Shown here: piece after piece, positions 27,423 to 42,264 of the stretch
How the letters are laid out: each line of letters begins with the position of its first letter
How positions within the stretch are numbered: the first letter of the stretch is position 1
DNA from: Chiloscyllium plagiosum
Taxonomy: Eukaryota
Direction of reading: 5' to 3'
NCBI RefSeq assembly: GCF_004010195.1
Contig: NC_057719.1
Coordinates: 88,129,352 to 88,193,351, forward strand
Length of the DNA: 64,000 bases
Translations under genes and position numbers: made by a program
The notes under the pieces: model-generated
Databases searched by the model: none
What the model saw: the letters and a program-made list of their open reading frames with translations, nothing else
What the model was told of the DNA's origin: nothing

Positions 27423-30400
27423 TCCTCGGGCTGGTGTGGCCAGAAACAGGGAGATAATGGACTTGAACGTGTGGTTGGGGAACTGGTCCAGGAAGCAAGG
27501 ATTTAAGTTCTGGGATCACTGGGGTATATTTTGTGGTAAGCATAAATTCTATAAGAGAGATGGCTTGCACCTTAATAGGTTAGGGACCAGCATTCTGGCA
27601 GGCAGGTTTTCTATTGCAACACCGCTACATTTAAACTAAGTAGCAGGGGGAGGGGACAAACTGGATGCTTAAAAAGGAAATTGAAGGGAAAGTTAGAACA
27701 AGAGAAGTCAAGAAAGAAAACTGTATCAATGAAGCAGAAAACTCGGAAAGGGATCATGCTGTAAGGTTGAGTGAAATAGGGGTTGATGGGAAGGGTGAGC
27801 GCAGTAACAAATTAAAAATACTATACATGAATGCACGAAGCATTAGACATAAGATGGATGAGCCACGAAGCATTAGACATAAGATGGATGAGCTTGAGGC
27901 TCTTTTGGAAATTGGCAGATACGATATTGTGGGGATAACTGAGACGTGGCTTCAAGTGGACAGGGCCTGGGAAATGAATATTCAAGGCTACACGTGCTAT
28001 CGCAAGGACAGACTGACGGGCAGAGGGGGTGGGGTGGCTTTGTTGGTAAGGGAGTAAATTCAGTCCCTTGCGCGGGGGGACCTAGAGTCAGGGGATATAG
28101 AGGCAGTGTGGATAGAGCTGCGAAATACTAAGGGTAAAAAGACCCTCTTGAGAGTCATCTACAGGCCCCCAAACAGTAGTCTGGATGTTGGATGTAAGTT
28201 GAATCAGGAGCTGAAATTGGCCTGTCGCAAAGATGTTACTACAGTTGTTATGGGGGATTTTAACATGCAGATAGACTGGGAGAATCAGGATGGTATTGGA
28301 CCTCAAGAAAGAGTCTTTGTGGAGTCCTCAGAGATGGATTCTTAGAGCAGCTGGTGCTGGAGCCGACCAGGGAGAAGGCAATTCTGGCTCTGGTATTGTG
28401 TAACGAACCAGAATTGGTCAGAGACCTCGAAGTGAAGGAGCCATTGGGAAGTAGTAACCATAATACATTAAGCTTCAATCTGCAATTTGAGAGGGAGAGG
28501 GTACAGTCGGAAGTGATAGTACTTCTGTTGAATAAAGGGAACTATGGAGCTATGAGGGAGGAGCTGGCCAAAGTTCAATGGTGCAATACCTTAGCAGGGA
28601 TGACCGTGGATGAACAATGGCGGATATTTCTGTGTATAATGCAGAAGTTGCAGGATCAGTTCATTCCTAAAAGGAATAAAAATCCCAGGAGGAGGCATGG
28701 GCAGCCGTGGCTGACGAGGGAAGGTAAGAAACATATAAAGTTAAAAGAGAAAAAGTATAACATAGCAAAGATAAGTGGGAAAACTGAGGACTGGGAAGCT
28801 TTTAAAGAGCAACAGAGGATTATTAAGGAGGAAATACGCAGAGGAAAAATGAGGTACGAAGGTAAACTGGCCAATAATATAAAGGAGGATAGTAAAAGCT
28901 TTTTTAGATATGTGCAAGGCAAAAAAATGGTTAGGACTAAAATTGGGCCCTTGAAGACAAAAACAGGGGAATATATTATGGGGAACAAAGAAATGGCAGA
29001 AGAATTAAATGGGTACTTCAGATCTGTGTTCACTGGGGAAGACACAACCAATCTCCCTGAGGTAACAGTGGCTGAAGGACCTGAACTGAAGGGAATTTAT
29101 ATTTGCCAGGAATTGGTGTTGGAGAGACTGTTAGGTCTGAAGGTTGAAAAGGGCCTGATGGTCTACATCCCAGAGTACTGAAGGAGGTGGCTCGGGAAAT
29201 CATGGATGCGTTGGTGATTATTTTCCAGAGTTCAATAGATTCGGGGTCGGGTCCTGAGGATTGGAGGGTGGCTAATGTTATACCACATTTTTAAGAAAGG
29301 TGGGCGAGAGAAAGCAGGAAATTATAGACCAGTTAGTCTGACCACAGTGGNNNNNNNNNNNNNNNNNNNNNNNNNNNNNNNNNNNNNNNNNNNNNNNNNN
29401 NNNNNNNNNNNNNNNNNNNNNNNNNNNNNNNNNNNNNNNNNNNNNNNNNNNNNNNNNNNNNNNNNNNNNNNNNNNNNNNNNNNNNNNNNNNNNNNNNNNN
29501 NNNNNNNNNNNNNNNNNNNNNNNNNNNNNNNNNNNNNNNNNNNNNNNNNNNNNNNNNNNNNNNNNNNNNNNNNNNNNNNNNNNNNNNNNNNNNNNNNNNN
29601 NNNNNNNNNNNNNNNNNNNNNNNNNNNNNNNNNNNNNNNNNNNNNNNNNNNNNNNNNNNNNNNNNNNNNNNNNNNNNNNNNNNNNNNNNNNATTTCAGAA
29701 TGGCAGGCAGTGACCAGTGGGATACCGCAGGGATCCGTGCTGGGACCGCAGCTTTTTACAATATATGTTAATGATATAGAAGATGGTATCAGCAATAATG
29801 TTAGCAAATTTGCTGATGATACAAAGCTGGGTGGCAGGGTGAAATGTGATGAGGATGTTAGGAGATGACATGGTGACCTGGACAAGTTAGGTAAGTGGGC
29901 AGATGCATAGCAGATGCAGTTTAATGTGGATAAATGTATGGTTATCCACTTTGGTGGCAAGAACAGGAAGGCAGATTACTACCTCAATGGAATCAATTTA
30001 GGTAAAGGGGCAGTACAAGAGATCTGGGTGTTCTTGTACACCAGTCAATGAGTTTAGAAGACCGAGAGGGGATCTGATTGAGACATAAGATTATGAAAGG
30101 ATTGGACACTCTGGCAGCAGGAAACATGTTTCCACTGATGGGTGAGTGCCGAACCAGAGGACACAGTTTAAAAATACGGGGTAGACCATTTAGGACAGAG
30201 ATGAGGAGAAACTTCTTCACCCAGAGAGTGGTGGCTGTGTGGAATGCTCTGCCCCAGAGGGCAGTGGAGGCCCAGTCTCTGGATTAATTTAAGAAAGAGT
30301 TGGATAGACCTCTCAAAGATAGTGGAATCAAGGGTTATGGAGATAAGGCAGGAAGAGGATACTGATTAGGTATGATCAGCCATGATCATATTGAATGGCG

Positions 30401-30450
30401 GTGCAGGCTTGAAGGGCTGAATGGCCTACTCCTGCACCTATTGTCTATTG
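27423..30450 (+). mobile_element. CR1 LINE: ORF1 C-terminus, APE endonuclease and RT, disrupted
   Basis: YKRDGLHLN (ORF1); ILYMNARSI, GITETWL, IYRPP and MGDFN (APE); NYRPVSLT, PQGSVLGP and KFADDTK (RT). Stops, frameshifts and a deletion near 30050. TSD tctaagt at 27416-27422 and 30451-30457. Confidence 0.93.
29351..29690. other. Assembly gap (340 N) inside the CR1 RT
   Basis: Run of n. Confidence 1.
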
Positions 30451-31376
30451 TCTAAGTCACAGGTTTGTGGTTCAAGTCCCACTGCAGAGACTTGGTTCAT
30501 ACAGGAAAAGTATCTACCCTCAAAGTAAGTAATGTAATTCTTGTTGTCTGTTGGAAAGAGGCTGTCCAGCCTCTTGAACCTGCTTTGTTATTCAATACCA
30601 TCAAGGTGGATTGCAACACCATCTTTTGCCTTCCCCCCCATAGCCCTTGACTCCCTTTACTGTCATAAATCTAACAGAGACTTGAATACATTCAATGATC
30701 CAGTCTCCACTACATTCTGAGGAAGATTCCACAGACTAACAATCTCAGTAAAAATTCTCATCTGTCTTATTATTAAACTTTCCCCACTAGTGGGGAAACT
30801 ACAAGGGGTAACATCCCCTCAGCACCCACCCCGTCAAGAGTCTTAAATGTGAAGAAAGGAAATTATGAAGCAGTGGGGCAGAAGTGGCTATGGTGGATTG
30901 GGAAACTCTGCTGAAAGATTTGACAAGCATTAGCCAGTATTTAAAGAAAAGACTACAGTGACTGCAGCATGCATGCATTCCTCTGAGACATAAAGATCCA
31001 GGGAAAGATAAATCAACTGTGATTAATGAAAGAAGTTAAAGATTGTATTAGGTTGAAGCAAGTGGTTCATAAGGATTCCAGGAAAAGTAGCAACCCTGAG
31101 GATTAGGAGCAATTTAGAACCCAGCAAAGGAGGACCAAGAAACTTATTAAGAAAGGGAAGACAGAATATTAATGCAAACTTGTGAGAACATAAAGGTGGA
31201 CTGTAAAGGTTTCTTCATCTTGTGGAAAGGAAAAAGCTCAGATAAATGTGGATCCATTACAAGTTGGGACAGGAAAGCTTACAATGGAAAGCCATGGAAA
31301 ATGGCAGAGAAACTAAATGGTTACTTTGCAACTGTCTTCACAAAAGATGCAGAAATACTTCGAAAGGTACTGGACA

Positions 31377-31490
31377 TTCCTGATGAATGGCTTTTGCCCG
31401 AAACGTCGATTTTCTTGCTCCTAGGATGCTGCCTGACCTGCTCCTAGGACGCTGCCTGACCTGCTGTGCTTTTCCAGCAAAACACTCTTG
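31377..31490 (+). mobile_element. Short Penelope-terminus-like element with hammerhead core, inserted in an old CR1
   Basis: TSD actggaca at 31369-31376 and 31491-31498; core ctgatga-a-tggcttttgccc-gaaacgtc at 31380-31407; short internal tandem duplication. Confidence 0.78.
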
Positions 31491-32812
31491 ACTGGACAAC
31501 CAACGGTCTTGCGAAAATGGGGAAGTTAGAACTAGTAAAGAGGGTGCACTTGGAGAGTTAAGGGGATTCAAAATTGATAAATCTCTTGAACCAGATCAGA
31601 GCTGTTCAGAGGTTATATAAATAGCTTGGACACGGTGAACCAGATGCAATATTTCAAAATTTGCTGATGACATTAAACTGAGGAGGATGCAAGGCGGATT
31701 CAATAGGACTTCGACAGTGAATAGTTTAGAAAAAAATGATGTTATTGTGAAGTAAGTGTGAAGCGTGAAGACAGGAAAAGCAGAAAGATAGAATATTTCT
31801 CAAATAATGAGGAATTGCTGTGAAGCACAAGTATCCAAAGGGACCTGGGTGTTCTTGTTCACGAGTCACTAAAGATCATCATGCAGGGTGCAACAAGCAC
31901 ATGGGAAGGCAAATTGTACACTTGTGTTCATTGCAAGTGGATTTGAGAACAAGAATAAACATGTCCTGCTGTAGTTGTATAGAACCTTGGTGAGTCATCA
32001 CTTGCAGAATGTGCACAGTTTTGGTTCCCTTATCTGAGGAAGAATATATTTCCTATTGAGGAAGTGCAAGATAAGTCAACTGATAAATCCCAGGGACGGC
32101 GAGATTGTTTTATGAGGAGACATTGAGGGCTCTAGGATGCATTCCCAAGAATTTTGCATAATGAGAAGTGACCTTATTGAAACTTACAAAATTCATAGAG
32201 GGGATATACTGTTGAGTTGAAAACCAGGGAACATTATCTGAGGAGCATGGTACGCCATTCTGGACTGAAATGAGGAGAAAGTAGTGAATGTGGAACCTGA
32301 ATCATTGAGCAAGTTCAAGACAGAAATCAACATGTTCTGGAGACTAATAATATCAAGGGATACAGAGTGTGAGCAGAAATTAGGCACTGAGGTAGACAAT
32401 CAGCCACGGTGTAACTGAATGTTGGAGCAGGCTTGATGGGCAGAAGGATCTACTCCTGTGTCCCCTCAGGATCTTGTGTTTCAATAAAATCACCTTATTT
32501 TCTCAGCTCCAGTGAATACAGACCCAGCTGGTCCAACCATTGTAAGATAACCCATCATCCCAGGAATCAGTCAAGTGAACCTTCCCTGGATTGCTTTTAA
32601 CTCAATGATACCCTTTTGGTCTCCTTCCCTGCAGGTTACACCACTTCCAAGTGCACGTCCAAACATTTTTTAAATGCAATGAGTGTTACTATTTCTATCA
32701 TCCTATTCGGCACGAGTTCCACATGCCAACAAACTCCTGGTGAAAAAAAATTACGCAACTCACCTCAACCCTTCTACCCACTTCTTCAATTTTAGACAAC
32801 TCAATTAAATCT

Positions 32813-33274
32813 AGGGTGTAGGTTTGATATCCAGACATTTCATTACCTGGCTAGGTAACATCATCAGTGGCGACCTCCAAGTGAAGAGAAGCTGTTGTCT
32901 CCTGCTTTCTATTTATATCTTTCTCCTGGATGGGGTTCCTGGGGTTTGTGGTGATGTCATTTCCTGTTCGTTTTCTGAGGGGTTGATAGATGGCATCTAG
33001 ATCCATGTGTTTGTTTATGGCGTTGTGGTTGGAGTGCCAGGCCTCTAGGAATTCTCTGGCATGTCTTTGCTTAGCCTGTCCCAGGATACATGTGTTGTCC
33101 CGTCGAAATGGTGATTTTTTTTCATCCGTGTGTAGGGCTATGAGGGAGAGAGGGTTGTGTCTTTTTGTGGCTAGCTGGTGTTCATGTATCCTGGTGGCTA
33201 ACTTTCTTCCTGTTTGTCCTATGTAGTGTTTGTGGCAGTCCTTGCATGGAATTTTGTAGATGACGTTGGTTTTG
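32813..33274 (-). mobile_element. 5'-truncated Penelope-like element: GIY-YIG endonuclease C-terminus plus 3' terminus
   Basis: The - strand translates as KTNVIYKIPCKDCHKHYIGQTGRKLATRIHEH...AREFLEAWHS...DAIYQPL. TSD tcaattaaatct at 32801-32812 and 33275-33286. Confidence 0.9.
32831..32870 (-). ncRNA. Minimal type I hammerhead ribozyme-like motif
   Basis: CCA CUGAUGA U GUUACCU-AGCC-AGGUAAU GAAA UGUC UGG, at the 3' end of the Penelope-like fragment. Confidence 0.7.
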
Positions 33275-34675
33275 TCAATTAAATCTTCTCTCAGTCCTGT
33301 GTTCTAAAGTAAACAATCTCCATCTTCCTGAACTCACTTCTCAGTATTCCACAAGTTATTATTACTGTGAAGTTCCCTGCCTGGTTTCTCATGTCCAGAT
33401 GGATTACTTGTCTGGACAACACTGCAATTGCTATTGTCCCTACACCTGACAAGTCCATGCTGCAGTCTATGCTTTCCCTTCTTACCATTAAGCACACAGT
33501 CAGCTTTCCAACATCTGCACAGCCTGAGTCATGGCCTTGAGCTTGAAGTTTAAATTATTAATATTTGATCAAGGTGATGCAAAATCAAGAGTGACATTCC
33601 ATTGCAGTGTTCAGTGAGTGCTGCACTGTCTTTTGATTGAAACCTGAAACCCCATTTGCACTCTCAGGTGGATTTAGAAAACACATTAATTTAACACCTT
33701 CTATGAAAACGGGATGTACCGAAGTCCTCTGTCGCTGAAGTTTTTGTTAGCTGACTGATATAACACAGCAGTTGATATGGAATTCCCACAAAAAACAATG
33801 TGACAATGGTCAGATAATCTGCTCTGCTGAGGTAGACAGAGGACATCAGAGTTAGTGTCTGGAAGTCATCCCCTGAGGTAGAAGATGTAGCCGAAGTTTA
33901 CTGTCTCTCCTGAGACACAAAATTCTAAATGCTGACGGGCCCTTGTGAAATGTCAGGTTTGAGTTTTGAGCTCATACTCCTGAGTAAGACTTGAACCCAC
34001 AGCTTCTGATTCAGAGGCAAGAATCCACATTCACAGATTCCAAAGGGGTTTGTCCAAAAGGAGGACAGTTGCCCCAGTGTACTGGGTCTTTATTAGCTTG
34101 CAGCCAAAAAAAACTAACATCTGGTTATCTGGTTATCTGGTTATCACCAATGCTGGATGTGGGCGCAACTGAAGTACACACCTTTTCTCTCGTGGTCTGG
34201 TGAGGAATTGAAACCCAATGATGATTTTTTTTTCCAGTTTGTTTAGATTGCATATGAAGGAAAAGAACCAAGAGTAGCTTAAACAATTTGGAGATAATAT
34301 TTGTATCTGAATTGGATGTTTTGGCCCTCTTGACTTATGAAAAACAAGCAGGTCTATTCTGTGAGTGACACCAGACTCAAACCCCTTTAGGTTGCATCAA
34401 GTGCAATCTCTGAAATTTGGTCGCATGCATTAATCCTGGGCTGTTGTGTTCATTGAGACCACCCCCGCCAGGTTAAAGTCTGTTTGGTTAGCAAACACAT
34501 TAAATCACTGAAGGAGTAATGTTAGCATAGAATGAGCCGAACCAGCACTTCCACACAAGACTCATTTACTCTTGCATTAGGGTTTATTTCAACTAGGAAA
34601 AACCTTGAGAAAACACAAAGCAACCACTAGGTCTTGTGTTTAAGGCATGTTCAAAAAACATATTAAACAACATGT

Positions 34676-35002
34676 GGGCGGCACGGTGGCACAGTGATTA
34701 GCACTGCTGCCTCACAGCGCCAGAGACCCGGGTTCGATTCCCGCCTCAGGCGACTGACTGTGTGGAGTTTGCACGTTCTCCCCATGTCTGCGTGGGTTTC
34801 CTCCGGGTGTTCCGGTTTCCTCCCATAGTCCAAAGATGTGCAGGGTAGGTGAATCGGCCATGCTAAATTGCCCGTAGTGTTAGGTAAGGGGTAAATGTAG
34901 GGGTCTGGGTGGGTTGCGCTTCGGCGGGGCGGTGTGGACTTGTTGGGCCGAAGGGCCTGTTTCCACACTGTAATGTAATGTAATCTAATGTAATCTAATC
35001 TA
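34676..35002 (+). mobile_element. HE1/V-SINE-type SINE (young)
   Basis: Complete tRNA-like head, V-domain-like core, CR1-like tail and (TAATC/TAATG)n end. Confidence 0.92.
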
Positions 35003-35101
<99 letters not shown>

Positions 35102-35246
35102 CTAAAAACATAAAAAATAAGTCAGTGCTGTCTCCAGCCATAGACGCCACCTCTCTGCACCCTATGCATCCAGACATACAGCATTCTCACCACGTGCCCA
35201 CACACACTTCCTGACAGCAGACACCTCAAGTCTGTTTTTTATTTCA

Positions 35247-35513
<267 letters not shown>

Positions 35514-38260
35514 TCATGTACTCTCTCCATTAGAAGAGAATGATCACTATCCATATTTATCAGACAACAGAAAGAGACCATCCGGCCCATCAAATGTGTC
35601 CTGGTGCTTCTCAGCAGGTATTAACTCATCCTGCCTTCTTTCTAAATGCTTCTACATTGCCCTTGTCTCGAGAAAATGTCTACTCATTGAGAATTGTCTG
35701 AAGAGTAGGACAGAACAATTGGTAGGAGAGGTGGGAGAGGTAAAGATTTCAAATGATACAGTTTTGAGGACTGTTTGGGAAGTGAGATGCAGTTAGCTTA
35801 GCGAAGTTGGAAACATTAACGGAAGTTAAGCAAGATCAATAGAAGTTATTTTGCAGAATACAGAGAGATGTCAACAGTTTAAATAAATAAATAAAAGAGG
35901 AAGAGAAGTAGTAATTGGAAATGAAGAAATAGAAAAAATATTGAACAAATACTTGCACTCTTCACAGTAGAAGAGACAACCAATTTAAATAAGAATGAGA
36001 AACTAAAGATAATTAATATCAGTGAAAAGATACTGGAGAATAAAATCAAACCAATTCCCAGGAACACAGGTTCTGAAGAAGCAAGGTGCTGAGATAGTGG
36101 ATGTGCTGCTTATGGGTTTTCAAAATCCTCTAGATTCTAGTATAGCCCCGGAGGATTGATTAGCAAATGTGACACTGACATTCAAGAAAGCTGGGCAAGA
36201 GAAAACAAGGAAATATATACCAGTTGGCCTGACATTTGTCAACAATAAAGTGCTAGCATCTGTTAAGAAAGTCTTAAATAATGCATTTTGCATACGGTAG
36301 CTTGAACATAATCCATGGAGGATACAACTAATAGGTTGGATAAAGGTGAACCAGCTGATAAGGTGCCACACAAAAGGCTTATGGAGGTTCAGAGTAATAA
36401 AAAAACAATCAATCTATTTGAATATATAATGACACATCTCTGTTAGACTTGGAACCTGGACCCCTTAGCTTGGCTGTAATGTATTAGGGAGATTGGAGGA
36501 TTGATTAACAGACAGGACAGCAAGAATAAAGATATAAACAGGGAACTTCTAAGTGGAGTGCTGTAAAGAACAGGAATGGGGCCTCATTATTTATAATTTA
36601 TGTTAATGATTTTAGATGACAATAAAAAGCTATTGGTGAATACAAATTGTGAGGAGGACACGGAGAGGCTACAAACAGGTGGTGACTGGTTGAATAAATG
36701 GACAATAAAGTGGCAGAGGGAAAATAATGTATGGACATGAGCTTTATTCTTGTTTACAACTTGCGTTGTAAAAATAAAAAAGTGGAATTTGTTTTAAAAA
36801 GGATGAGTGAAACGTGCAAATATTCAGGGAAACCTGGGTCTACCCATGTAAGAAACATAAAGGTAGCATACTAATTCACTAAGCAAACAGGAAGATAAAT
36901 CTGTTGTCCTTTATAAGAAGGGTATAAGGGCATCTAATCTTACCAAGTATATACAGGGCTTTGGTGTGACCATATATTGAATACTGAGAGCAGTGTCCTC
37001 TGCGTCCTCTCTAATCCTGGCCCATGTCTTACCATAGAATGCTGAAGTACCAGAAGGGGGTCATTCAGTCCATTACATCCATTGCATCTCTTTGCAAAAC
37101 AATTGTAGCCCGTCCATTCCACTGTAGTCACACTTGAAAGCCACAATTGCATCTGTTTCCACTCTACGCTTGGGTAATTCATTTCCTAACTGCTTGCCAC
37201 ACCACAACATTTGTCCCCAATGAGGACTACCAATTTTGTAACTCTGCTCAGACTGGTCAGCAGATGAACACTTCAACAAAATCTCCTCTAAATCCTCTCC
37301 AAGGAGAACAAGCTCAGTTTCTCTGATCAATCTGCAAACTGAAGTCCCTTACCCCAGACCCATGTTTATAAACCATTCCTGCACTCTCTCTAATGCCATC
37401 ATCATCCTTGGTGTCTAGAATTGGGCATAATACTCCAGTTGAGACTGAACCAGTGTTCCATAAAGATTCACCGTAGTTTCATGATATAGAGAAACGAGCC
37501 ATACTGAAAGCTTATACCTTTGTGAACTCCTCTTTTCCCTTTTCCACAAAGCCCAACCCAATTTTACTGATTCCCTCTGCTTCAACAACACCTTCTACTT
37601 ACTTAGGGCTTTTCACATGGTAAAGTATTGCAATGTACTTCACAGTAAAACTACAGCATAATCAAACAAATATTAACACTAGCCAAAAAGAGAGGTAACT
37701 AAAAGCCAGGTCAAGTGAAAGTTTTAAAAAACTGCCTTAAAGAAGGGATGCAAGGTCCATTCAGAGGGAATTGCAGAGCATGGAGTCTGGTAGCAAAAGA
37801 CATGGCCATGTCTGTTGGAGCAATTAGAACTGGGAATGTACAAGCAGCCAGAAATATAGGAGTGTACACATGAAGATTGTGGATTTGGAAATTGAGAGAT
37901 ATTGAGGGTCTTGAAAATGAGGATGGGAATTTAAAACTAATCAGTGACTGCAGATCACTGAGCAATAGGGTTATGGGTAAACTGGACAGTGCGGGTCATA
38001 ATATCACTTTGGAATTTTGGATCAATTTGGTTTTACAGAAGATGTAAGCGAGCAGAAACCGTCTCAAAGAACATCAATAATACCCTATTTAAAGATCCAA
38101 CACTTGTACCCCAGCACAAACCCTGTGGTCTGCAAGCCCGAGGGAGGGGCAAAGGCCTACAATCTGAAGGCAAGGGCAGGCCCAAGGAGGTGAAGCAGGG
38201 TTCACCCTGCAAATGAGTGGAGGGGGACAGGAGGGGTGCTGGTGCCAAGATATATACTTA

Positions 38261-38410
<150 letters not shown>

Positions 38411-38580
38411 TCACATGAATGAAACTACAACAAAGGGTTCAGTAATTACAGTGGTCCCAATCTCCACACAGGCTGTTCTTTAAAGACTGGGCAACAATAT
38501 AGAAAGGAGAGCATTCCCAATTCTCCAGCAGATGAATATATCATAGCCTGGCCATCATTCTTTGTAAAACAACGTGTCAT

Positions 38581-38913
38581 CAGTGTGGAAGCAGGCCATT
38601 TGACCCATCATGTCCATACCAATCCTCCAAAGAGCACCCCACCCAGACCCACACACCCTGGTCCCTGTAACCCTGCATTTCTCATAGCTAATCCACTTAG
38701 CCTGCACATCCCTGGAAACCACGGGCAATTTAGCATGACTAGTTCACCTCAGCTGCTCATCTTTGGATAGTGGGAGGAAACCAGAGCACCTGGAGGAAAC
38801 CCACACAGACACGGGGAGAATGTGCAAACTCCACATAGAGAGTTGGCTGAGGAATCGAACCTGGGTCTGTGGTGCTGTGAGGCAACAGTGCTAACTACTG
38901 AGCCACCATGCCA
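38581..38913 (-). mobile_element. HE1/V-SINE-type SINE (older subfamily)
   Basis: ggaggaaaccagagcacctggaggaaacccacacagacacggggagaatgtgcaaactccac core and tRNA-like head. Confidence 0.85.
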
Positions 38914-39673
38914 CTCTTCTGCCAGAAAGACAGAAGGGAGTATTTTAAAACCAACATGCCCTGGGCTCTTAATTCCATCATAACTCCTCACTCCCTTCAC
39001 TCAGACTGAGCAGCCAGCAATGCCACCACTGCCAGAAGCTGGGTTTCTCCAGTCAGTAGTGGAATGGTTCATCCTCCTGATTGTCCTCTCCCAGCCTCAG
39101 GCAGTTCAGTACACCAGCTCAGCAATTCCCCAGCTTCCAACTTCAAAGCACAGGAAGAGGCTGCAAGGGCTGTCCCAATCTGTGCACTCAACAGTTTCAA
39201 TCAAGCTGAACATCCAAATCTAACTCTCTGTTTGCTTGTGGTCTTACAAGAGATGATCTAGTTCAGGTATTAAGATGATTAAAGGAGCTTAAGGCAGGGT
39301 GGTAGTAGAAGGGTCCAGAGCAGAGGATCCCAAGACCTAATGGTGCAGTTGGCCATTCAGGGATGACATCGAGAAAAATAATTTCACTCAAAAGGCAGTG
39401 GTGATGCAGAACTGCTTAACGCTGCCAATATCTCCCATCCCCCAAATATTGTGGGAGTCAACTGAAATTTCAGAACTGAGTTTGTTACATTTATACTCAA
39501 GATGAAGGGATATATGCTACAGTGGATAAATTGAAATGCGGACCAACTGTGCAGACAAACAAGCTCAAAGAGATAGGAGGTCTCCTGTTAAATTGTAATA
39601 AGTTAGAGGAGTTGAACCAGTCTCTTTCTATTTCTTTGCTGTTATCATGACAGGTTCATGTATGGATCTATCA

Positions 39674-39925
<252 letters not shown>

Positions 39926-39934
39926 TCATGATTG

Positions 39935-41220
39935 AGTCATAGAGTCATAGAGATGAACAGCATGGAAACAGACCCTCCGGACGAACCCGTCCATGCCGAC
40001 CAGATATCCCAACCCAATCTAGTCCCACCTGCCAGCACCCGGCCCATATCCCTCCAAACCCTTCCTATTCATATACCCATCCAGATGCCTTTTAAATGTT
40101 GCAATTGTACCAGCCTCCAGCACTTCCTCTGGCAGCTATTCCGTACACATACCATCCTCAGCGTGAAAAAGTTGCCTCTTAGGTCTCTACTATATCATTC
40201 CCCACTAAACGTAAACCTATGCCCTCTAGTTCTGGACTCTCCCACCCCAGGGAAAGGACTTTGTCTATTTATCCTGTCCATGCCCCTCGTAATTTTGTAA
40301 CTCTCTATAAGGTCACCCCTCAGCCTGACATTGCAGGGAAAAAAGCCCCAGCCTGTTCTGCCTCTCCCTATAGCTCAAATCCCCCAACTCTGGCAACATC
40401 CTTGTAACCTTTCAAGTTTCACAACATCTTTCCGATAGGAAGGAGATCAGAATTGCACGTAATATTCCAACTGTGGACTAACCAATGTCCCGTACAGCCG
40501 CAACATGACCTCCCAACTCAATACTCTGACCAGTAAAGGAAAGCATACCTAACGCCTTCTTCACTATCCTATCTACCTGCGATTCCACTTTCAAGGACCT
40601 ATGAACCTGCACTCCAAGGTCTCTTTGTTCAGCAACACTCCCTAGGATCTTACCATTAAGTGTGAAATCCTGCTAAGATTTGCTTTCCCAAAATGCAGCA
40701 CCTTGCATTTATATGAATTAAACTCCATCGGTCACTTCTCAGCCCATCTGATCAAGATCCCGTTGTAATCAGAGGTAACCCTTTTCGCTGTCCACTACAC
40801 CATTTTGGTACCATCTGCAAACTTATTAACTATACCTCTTATGCTCACATCCAAATCATTTATGTAAATGACAAAAAGTAGTGGGCCCAGCACCGATCCT
40901 TGGTCACTCCATTGGTCACAGGCCTCCAGTCTGAAAACAACCCACCATCACCACCCTCTGTCTTCTATCTTTGAGCCAGTTCTGTATCCAAATGGCTAGT
41001 TCTCCCTGTATTCCATGAGATCTAACCTTGCTAATCAGTCTCTCATAGGAAACCTTGTCGAACACTTTACTGAAGTCCACATAGATCACATCTACCGCTC
41101 TGCCTTCATCAATCTTCTTTGTTACTTTTTCAAAAACTCAATCAAGTTTGTGAGACATGATTTCCCACGCACAAAGCCAACTGACTATCCCGAATCAGTC
41201 CTTGCCTTTCCAAATACATG
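39935..41220 (-). mobile_element. CR1 LINE 3' part
   Basis: Reverse-complement homolog of 2360-3315 with (gagtcata)n tail; frameshifted RT. Confidence 0.88.
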
Positions 41221-42264
41221 TTAAAAATGCTTCATCTGAAAAACACAACAATGACGATGCTGAACGGTTGGCAGCTCCTGGACCAGCTGGTAGATTGGCC
41301 TGAAGCTCTCACTGCAGTAAAACACTGGAGCATTAATTTACTGCACCAACAGCCACTTGGTCCACTGTGTCAGTGCCAGGTATCAGTTTGAAAGAGCCAC
41401 ACTCTTTTCATTATACGCTATGAAACTATGGCACAAATGTTGCCCAATTTTCCCTGAACAGATTCAGTGATCTGTATAATGAACATTGCAAGGCAAAAGC
41501 ATTGCAAGCTACATCTACCCTCTCTCTAAAGGGACCTTCTCCTGCCTGTTATCTGTGATATCTTTCAAGTGATGACTGTTCTATTTCAGATAGCTAGGCA
41601 GTGGAGGATTTAGTAGGAGCTTTACATCCTTTAAGCTTTGATTTACAGAGACATATTACATACACACAGCTCCAAACCTAACAACCACAGTTGTTGAGTC
41701 TTCAGCTAATACCCATAACCTTAAAACAAGCAAATAATTAAGTTATATTTAATAATGACCCCTCATTACTCACTCCATAACCATGAAAAAAGTCTTTCCC
41801 TATTCATCATTTTAGAAATCTCAGTGAAATTTCCCCTTCAATTTCTATGTTTCAATGGGGACAGTCTTGACAGTTCACATCTTGCTCCTAACCTTAGTTT
41901 CCCATCCCTTGTATCATTCCTGATGAACGTACATGGTCACCTCCCTATAGTTCCCATGCTCCGTGGGGATTAGCCAAGGCTGAGAGGGGTCAAAGACCAA
42001 AACGGTCTGAAATGTTTTTGTGACAAAGAATCAAGCAATTGAGCATGTTCTATGACCTGCCGTGAAAATTCAAATACCCTGAGGCTGCTTCAAATAGACG
42101 GAACTTTTAGACATTACGTGAGTTGAAACATTAGGTTTCCCTTTGTTTATCTACTACCATTAAGGCTATGGATCAATGTATTAGTATCAAAGTGATCTCA
42201 ACATTTCAGCATTCAACGCTGTTAGTGAATGTAAAACAGGATGAAGCCCATACTGACAAATAGT

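Noticed and set aside
29275..29960. Long ORFs spanning X runs
   Set aside because: Artefacts of the N gap within a CR1 RT.
34676..34750. tRNA gene-like A/B boxes
   Set aside because: They are heads of multi-copy SINEs continuing into core and tail sequence, not standalone tRNAs.
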